From an uncultured archaeon (GTDB taxonomy: Archaea; Asgardarchaeota; Thorarchaeia; Thorarchaeales; Thorarchaeaceae): a stretch of 64,000 nt of DNA. The DNA lies in assembly GCA_964458565.1 (NCBI GenBank), contig CAYWJO010000007.1, positions 46,470 to 110,469 of the forward strand, in the 5' to 3' direction. Made by a program: the position numbers and the translations under genes. Shown piece after piece: positions 57,778-64,000 of this stretch (position 1 is its first letter; the number at the start of each line of letters is the position of its first letter). Below the pieces are notes generated by a model, which was not told the DNA's origin, searched no databases, and saw nothing but the letters and a program-made list of their open reading frames with translations.

Positions 57778-60700
57778 TTAGATGTCACCTTCACGTATGA
57801 GCTTCGTCTTTGCCTGAAAGATAGGACCTATGATACTCATAATGAATTTGATGAATCCTTCTTCTTCAGTTGCAACTCCTACAACGTCTGTATCACTAGG
57901 TGCCGCTGGTGCTAAGAGAACTTCCTCACTGTCTCGTACACATGCATAAACATCCCTTTCAGAGCGTGTTCGTAGCCGGATATTTCCTCTACCAACGAGG
58001 GGTTTCACCGGTCCAAGATTTCCTTCTGTGACAACTACTTCAACACCTATAGTCGTCTTGAGTTCGGTCAGAATCTGAGTGGGTACTTCTAGGGGATTTG
58101 GAACGATAAGTGTGACCTTCGATTTTGCTCTCTGAAGCATATCTTTGATATGAGCGAGAACTGCTGCTCTTGTTACAATAGTCCAAGTCTGTTTTGCACC
58201 TGGAAAGTCAGTAGCTCCCACTCTCTCCCAAACTTTTGAGAGTAATGTAGCAACTTCAGCCCCTGGTACTTCTGCACCTTTGGTACCTGCAAATGCTTTG
58301 TCCATTTGAGATTCGGATAGGCCAATCATCTCATCTTTCTCAAGATTGGTCTGCATTGAACTCAAGGCGTTCTTGAGATCAGTTCCTCTATCGTATAGTG
58401 TATCGAATCCTTTTACAGTTGCATCCTGAGCATCTCTGCCATATTCATTTAGTTTTGAAATAAGAGATTGATGAATCGAATTGACCATTGTTGCAGTACC
58501 TTTCCTTGATTCTTCTGCATTCTGAATAGTGCTCTTGACCATTGAATTTGATGCGGAACTAATCTCATTTGCCACCGCTGTAAACGCAGACTCAATCGCT
58601 ACAGCCTTTGAATCAGTTGTAGCTCTAGCTTGTATAGCGAAGTTGTCTACAGTGTCCGAAGCCTCTGTCTTCAGGCCTTCCATGTGTTCAGAGAGAGTGT
58701 TCGTTAGTTTGGAAATCGCATCATCTAATTGTTGTTCAAATTCGTTCTGACTAGATTTGGCCTCTGAAACTGCATTAATCATGTTGTTCTGAACGAGTGT
58801 CGAAATCTCACCGAGTTGTGTTTTACCCCTATCTCCAATGTTTGAAATGTCAGTTGCTGCAGTCATTGATATTTCTGATAACTCCTGATTGAGTTGACTG
58901 GCGCTACTTGTTAGAGTTGAATGAATGTGCTCTTTATTCTGAACAAGATTAGCATCAATGGCTGTTCTCACCTCTTCTTTGACTTGACTTGACTTGTTTC
59001 TCATTGATGTAGAAAGAGCTTCAGTGGCTTGAATCAGGTTGTCGATACCTGACATAATTGCATGATTCAATTCACTCTCTGTTTCATTTAGTCTATTCTT
59101 CAAAGAGCTGATTGTGGAATCAAGCTGATGAGAGAATCCCTCTATACGTTCATTCGATTCCGAGGCTATTCCATTAATTGAAATCTTACTCTCATTGTTA
59201 TGCTGGTCAAGTTTGACTCTCAGTTCATCCAAGGTTGCATGTTTTTCCGAATCCACACGTTCCATGAGAGTGTTCTGTTCAGTTTGTACTGAATCAACTA
59301 ATTGGTCAATAGTTAGGTGATGGGCTTCTCTTTGTGAGGCCATCTCACTTATTATTCGACTATCAAGATCGTTGTAGTGAATCCTGATTCGTTCCAGTTC
59401 CTCACTAATGCTAGAATCCAGATTCTGTTTAGCTGAATTGATTGTTCTTTCAATTTCATCAAAAACGGATGTCTTCACCTCAGTTAGCATCTGATCTATT
59501 CGATCTCTGGCATTAGTCGAGATCGTTTCTAACTGGCTTGTCAGAGATGATCTTGTATTTCCAAGAAGGTCTGATGATGTTGTTAGAGCCTTTCGATTGA
59601 TATTCTGCATAGTATTCTGTGTATTTTCAATACTCCCATTGAATGAGGCTTTGTTCGTTGCTAGAACCTTAGTGACCTCCTCAACCATCCCTTCAGATAA
59701 CTCTGCAACCCTATCATGTATTCGTTGAATTCCATTGTCCGATACATCTCTCACCGAATTGATTGTTGATTCAACTGTTGTTATAGCATGACTCTCGAGT
59801 GTGTCGTTCTGTTTATTGATTGAGTCGATTGCTGATGTGGCAGAATGTCCGAACGTATCAACAAGTTCCTCTGATACTGATCTATGCCTCTCAATAGCAC
59901 TAGATGTGTCAGTCTTTAGATTTGAAGAAATAGAATCCACTTCAGCCTCAAGACTAGCTAGTGTCTGTTCCTCTGATGACTCGGCTTGTGCAACTATTGA
60001 GTTGATATTGTTCCCAAAAATATCAAGACTGTTTCCAATCTCATCCGTAGCTCTTCGAATTGAATTGTCTATGTTATTACTTGTTTCCTTTGTTTTCGTT
60101 GACATAAGGTCAGCTAACGATCTCACTATCTCTTCCAATTGAGTCTTCAGATTTTCGAACTCGTTTTGTAATGAGCTCGAATTATCGCTGAAAGAAGTTG
60201 TTAGTGATTCAAACGTATTCCCTACCGCCTCTCGAAGCTCGGTGTTTTTCTGTTTAAGATCAGAATCGATTTTTTCGATGAAGATGTTGATTTGGTTTAT
60301 CATGTTTGACTTCATGGTTTCAGACGACTCACTTGCCAAAGAAACCCAGCTTCGCATTTCGGATGTAACTGCCCCACCAGTTGAAGAGAGTTGATCTTGT
60401 ATCTTCGTGATTGATGTATTTGATGATGTTTCTGTTGTTTCCTTCCACTCGGAGAATGAGCTATTCAGAGCCTCATTCATTTTTTCTATCTCTTGTTTTG
60501 ATTCCTTCTCAAAACTAGTCAGAATATCAGACAGTTTTCCACTTGTTTCTCCCTTTGATATTTTGATTTGTTCTTCAATGCGATGTACTTCCACCAAATT
60601 ATCATGAGCTATTTTCAACAAAGAATCGCGGATAGCTGTGGATGCAGATTTGAGTTCCTCTTTCATATCATTTCGAAGCTGTTCCATTCCATCAGTAATT

Positions 60701-61044
60701 GACTTCACTTCTTCCGATAATTTATCAAATGGCGGTACTGCTTGATATCGTGGTACTACTCCAGGTAGCTCTGTAACCATTTTGTTACTGATTAAATGGG
60801 TAATCGAATCATTGATTTTCTCCAAATTCATGCCGCTCATTAGCGCTAAATCGCCTTTGGTAACATTACCAAGTGTAAGGATAAGAGAGTGAACCTGTAA
60901 ATCTGATTCGCTAACTCCGATAATTTCTTCTACAGAGCTCTTACTTCTTGCTTCACTAATTTCTTGTTGAGGGGATTCCTTATCTTCCTCATCAATATCA
61001 TCTACTAATTCATCTCGTGGATCGTCTGACAACTCTTCACTCAA
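57778..61044 (-). CDS. TrmB-like protein: N-terminal wHTH, ~800-aa coiled coil, C-terminal TrmB/PLD-like domain
   Basis: GVSESDLQVH.L...PRYQAVPP (TrmB HTH); WTIVTRAAVLAHIKDMLQRAKSKV...RDSEEVLL. Confidence 0.7.
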   Translation of the reverse strand: MSEELSDDPRDELVDDIDEEDKESPQQEISEARSKSSVEEIIGVSESDLQVHSLILTLGNVTKGDLALMSGMNLEKINDSITHLISNKMVTELPGVVPRYQAVPPFDKLSEEVKSITDGMEQLRNDMKEELKSASTAIRDSLLKIAHDNLVEVHRIEEQIKISKGETSGKLSDILTSFEKESKQEIEKMNEALNSSFSEWKETTETSSNTSITKIQDQLSSTGGAVTSEMRSWVSLASESSETMKSNMINQINIFIEKIDSDLKQKNTELREAVGNTFESLTTSFSDNSSSLQNEFENLKTQLEEIVRSLADLMSTKTKETSNNIDNSIRRATDEIGNSLDIFGNNINSIVAQAESSEEQTLASLEAEVDSISSNLKTDTSSAIERHRSVSEELVDTFGHSATSAIDSINKQNDTLESHAITTVESTINSVRDVSDNGIQRIHDRVAELSEGMVEEVTKVLATNKASFNGSIENTQNTMQNINRKALTTSSDLLGNTRSSLTSQLETISTNARDRIDQMLTEVKTSVFDEIERTINSAKQNLDSSISEELERIRIHYNDLDSRIISEMASQREAHHLTIDQLVDSVQTEQNTLMERVDSEKHATLDELRVKLDQHNNESKISINGIASESNERIEGFSHQLDSTISSLKNRLNETESELNHAIMSGIDNLIQATEALSTSMRNKSSQVKEEVRTAIDANLVQNKEHIHSTLTSSASQLNQELSEISMTAATDISNIGDRGKTQLGEISTLVQNNMINAVSEAKSSQNEFEQQLDDAISKLTNTLSEHMEGLKTEASDTVDNFAIQARATTDSKAVAIESAFTAVANEISSASNSMVKSTIQNAEESRKGTATMVNSIHQSLISKLNEYGRDAQDATVKGFDTLYDRGTDLKNALSSMQTNLEKDEMIGLSESQMDKAFAGTKGAEVPGAEVATLLSKVWERVGATDFPGAKQTWTIVTRAAVLAHIKDMLQRAKSKVTLIVPNPLEVPTQILTELKTTIGVEVVVTEGNLGPVKPLVGRGNIRLRTRSERDVYACVRDSEEVLLAPAAPSDTDVVGVATEEEGFIKFIMSIIGPIFQAKTKLIREGDI

Positions 61045-61114
61045 CTCCTGAAAGACTCTATGAGTGGAGAATGAACTGCTTACTTAATATTTTGACCTTT
61101 ATCTTAATGTTTGA

Positions 61115-61444
61115 CTAGAGTTCATCAAGATATGGTTTAATCTCATCATAGAATTTAGCAAGAATTTTACTTACATCCTGTTCAGTTTCAAGGATAAAGA
61201 GTCGTATTTGTTGCCCTACTCTAATCTCTTTCACCAATCCCATGTCAACAAGTGGTTGCATTACTCTATGAATTGTAGAATGTGCTAGTTCAGTTTCCTT
61301 AGCTATGCGGCTGAGATTGAAGAATTCCTTTGGTCTATCAAGGAAATGTTGTACTACTCTCGTTTGTGCTCTAGAGGCGAAAACCTTCTCAAGTAATCGG
61401 TCTACCTTTACAGGTTTGGTGGTGGTTTCCTCATTCTTAGACAT
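61115..61444 (-). CDS. Winged-helix protein
   Basis: FNLSRIAKETELAHSTIHRVMQPLVDMGLV. Confidence 0.8.
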   Translation of the reverse strand: MSKNEETTTKPVKVDRLLEKVFASRAQTRVVQHFLDRPKEFFNLSRIAKETELAHSTIHRVMQPLVDMGLVKEIRVGQQIRLFILETEQDVSKILAKFYDEIKPYLDEL

Positions 61445-62123
61445 GCGTAATTACACTTCCTATTTTCTCTCCATTAAGGATACGATGTACATTCTCGGGT
61501 ATTGTACCATTGAAGATTATAGTCTTTATTTTCGATCTCTCAACGACTCTTAGTGCCACCGGATCAAATAATTTGTATTCCCCTGCCTTTGTTCCCCCGC
61601 CAGCCAGAATCCTCTTCAATTCGCCAATATGTAGGGAATCAATTTTCTTTGCTCCTGATTCCTTTGGGTCTTTATCATAAACCCCATCAACATTTGTCGC
61701 ATTAAGAAGTAAATCTGCTTTCAATAGCTCTGCAGCTATTGCAGCTACGGCATTGGTGGACTGACCAGGAATGAGACCCCCCATTAACACAATTTTGCCA
61801 GATATCATAGACGCTTCTAGTTCGTCTAAGGACTCGGCAATTTTAGGATATGCACTCTCCCCCAACGCTGCTGACATAAGCTCAGCATTGTTCCTAGCCA
61901 GTTTTATCCCTAACCAATCACATTGAGCTTCGCTTGCTCCTAACGCCCTTGCTGCGGCTATAAATTCTCTCGCCGGTTTTCCTCCACCCACAACAATCAT
62001 GAATTTGTGCCCAGACTCACGTAGTGCGAGTATCACCTCTGAATATTTTCGGATGATATCCAAGACGACATTCCCATTTTCATCATAGAGAAGTGAGCCG
62101 CCAATTTTTAGTACGACACGCAT
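61437..62123 (-). CDS. pyrH: UMP kinase
   Basis: VLKIGGS, VVGGGKPAR, PGQSTNAVAA, TNVDGVYDKDP. Confidence 0.95.
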   Translation of the reverse strand: MRVVLKIGGSLLYDENGNVVLDIIRKYSEVILALRESGHKFMIVVGGGKPAREFIAAARALGASEAQCDWLGIKLARNNAELMSAALGESAYPKIAESLDELEASMISGKIVLMGGLIPGQSTNAVAAIAAELLKADLLLNATNVDGVYDKDPKESGAKKIDSLHIGELKRILAGGGTKAGEYKLFDPVALRVVERSKIKTIIFNGTIPENVHRILNGEKIGSVITHV

Positions 62124-62291
62124 TACTGTTCTCCTGTGCACCTTCGGGTTTCGTGATGCGGCTCGTTGAATAAGAAGTTTTCCTGAATGAAAACACCCGT
62201 CGAAATATCGACTATGACCTTATTCTACCATTTTCAACCAAACTACACACCTTTTTTACAGGATGAGTAGAACATTTGCCTGGTGAAAACT

Positions 62292-63134
62292 TTGAGGAAG
62301 AAGATTTAGCTATTACCACTTGTTCTTGGGCTATTTCTATTGGTTTCATTTACTCAAACTACGCAAGCTGCGGTTGAAGGAAACACCTACTATTTCACAA
62401 CAAGCTCTACCAACACGTATGAAGAGAATAGCATCACAATCTATACATCAAAATTAAATGCTTGGTTCAAGGTTGATGCTTTAAATATAACCAGGGATAT
62501 TCTGTACTATGACTTCGAGGGTTATCATTGGTCTGAGGGATCTGAAATCGAATTTTCATCAGAATTTGTGTATTTCCAAGACAATATTGTAGAATTCAAT
62601 TTATTCACTTGGGATCCTGATAATGACAGTATTTCAGCTCCACCTTCTGTAACTATATATCCAACAGATGCACCTCACACTCCAGGGCGATATGTCTTTG
62701 TAAATCCTACTTGGTCAACTCATGAAACTGACTGGGAAAGTTCTGTAGATGCTGTCGAAGAAAACCCAACGGTTCAGCAAAGTGCCTTCAGTGCACCAGG
62801 TGATGGCACCTTCTATTTCTCAATCATTGTTGATGTGGAAACAATCTGGGAAATCGATGACACTCCCGAAAATGCTACAAGTACGACTCAATTTGACTTC
62901 TCTGCATCGTATGATGATGATGGAATTCTTAGTTCCTATCTATTTACCACAACACATTCTTTCTCTAACGAGAATTTCACATGCAGATTGATTAGTTCGT
63001 GGAGTGTTTCTCGTACATCCGGACCAAGCTTGGGTGGTGGTCTAGCCCTCGATGCAACTCTATTAGCTGTAGGAGTAGCTATACCAGTTTCTCTTCTGAT
63101 TGGTTTATTGATTGGCAAACGAATGTGGGGTTAA
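62292..63134 (+). pseudogene. Secreted/membrane-anchored hypothetical protein with in-frame TAG at codon 6
   Basis: GGTGA RBS plus TTG at 62292 gives MRKKI*LLPLVLGLFLLVSF (signal peptide); C-terminal TM. Confidence 0.55.
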
Positions 63135-63159
63135 ATCTCACATTTTTTGAGTCAATACT

Positions 63160-63184
63160 ACCGAGCTAGATAGTCTAGCTCGGT
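63160..63184. repeat. Perfect 11-bp inverted repeat
   Basis: ACCGAGCTAGA-TAG-TCTAGCTCGGT. Confidence 0.6.
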
Positions 63185-63395
63185 CCAATCGGGCACTTCA
63201 TTCAGGACCATCAAGTCATTTGTCTGTCATTACACAATGTCAATTCCAAATCGTTTTCGTATATAAAACGCCTTCAGATTGATAGTCTTAATTTTGGACA
63301 AACAGAATTGCCCATAACCCTTTTAGGTCAATCTCATTTTTCAAAGATTGAGCGGCTAATGCCGACCCTTGCTGACATCAAGGAGAATGATCCTT

Positions 63396-64000
63396 TTGTC
63401 GAAGTATAAACCCAGTATCGAATCCAAGAGATGGAAGCCTGCATCAGAGGCAGAGTTATTTGAGCAATGGAATAAGGAACCGACATATGAGTTTGACTTG
63501 AACTCAAAGAAGAGAATCTACACAGTTGATACTCCGCCTCCTTATCTTTCAGGTCCAATGCATGTAGGGCAAGTCGTTCACTATACTCAGATTGATACCA
63601 TCGCACGTTACAGACGAATGCAGGGATGGGAAGTAAATTTCCCACTAGGTATTGATAGAAATGGACTCCCAGTAGAAGTGAGGGTTGAGAAGGAACTTGG
63701 TATCAGTATGCATGAAACCCCCCGTGAAGAGTTTTTGAACTTGTGTAAAGCGCGTCTTGATGAGGACGAGATTATTGCCCTTGCAGCTTTCAAACGACTT
63801 GGTATTCAGTTTAACACGTATGAGGATGAAGGTAGTTATCGCACTGATAGTCCACGATACCGTGCTGTGACTCAAGCCACCTTCATAGATATTTGGAACA
63901 AAGGTCTCGTATACAATGATTTTCGTCCAAATAATTGGTGTTTTGAATGTGGGACTACAATTGCTGATGCAGAGGTAGAATACAGAGAGCGGTCTACAGT
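63396..64000 (+). CDS. valS: Valyl-tRNA synthetase, 3'-partial (not in ORF track)
   Basis: VDTPPPYLSGPMHVGQ (HIGH motif), DTIARYRRMQG, GIDRNGLPVE, YRAVTQATF, WCFECGTTIADAEVEY. Confidence 0.93.
   Translation, partial: MSKYKPSIESKRWKPASEAELFEQWNKEPTYEFDLNSKKRIYTVDTPPPYLSGPMHVGQVVHYTQIDTIARYRRMQGWEVNFPLGIDRNGLPVEVRVEKELGISMHETPREEFLNLCKARLDEDEIIALAAFKRLGIQFNTYEDEGSYRTDSPRYRAVTQATFIDIWNKGLVYNDFRPNNWCFECGTTIADAEVEYRERST

Noticed and set aside
63334-63875. Minus-strand ORFs at the right end
   Set aside because: Antisense shadows of the partial valS on the plus strand.
1-64000. Selenoprotein (in-frame TGA) candidates and CRISPR arrays
   Set aside because: None noticed by eye; the redox and Fe-S proteins here use ordinary Cys codons. 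The many other short antisense ORFs nested in long genes were treated as shadows.

Overview
64 kb of an archaeal chromosome, most likely an Asgard archaeon (Thorarchaeota-like). This assignment is inferred from archaeal informational genes (SRP19, Gar1, TFE-beta/RPC34-like, Trm1, BHB-intron tRNAs, archaeal asparagine synthetase) together with eukaryotic-signature-type proteins (an actin-family protein and a longin-like protein). Most of the window is housekeeping and metabolic genes: pyrB, pyrH, valS (partial), acs with a CoA-transferase-GNAT fusion and an OFA transporter, hppA, polX, an HDAC/AcuC and acr3-arsR. An AT-rich accessory segment at the left end holds surface proteins, a three-gene PIN toxin cassette and a 5'-truncated TnpB. 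Features missing from the ORF track: three tRNA genes with five introns (three non-canonical); a three-microprotein operon at 54028-54368 containing two paralogous peptides; a candidate ~100-nt structured RNA; several operator arrays; and a surface-protein gene with an in-frame amber stop. Main leads: the microprotein operon, an actin homologue lacking subdomain 4, a split PEP-synthetase-like dikinase cluster, and a TnpB with a Fanzor-type rearranged RuvC site. All assignments come from motif recognition by eye; no searches were run.
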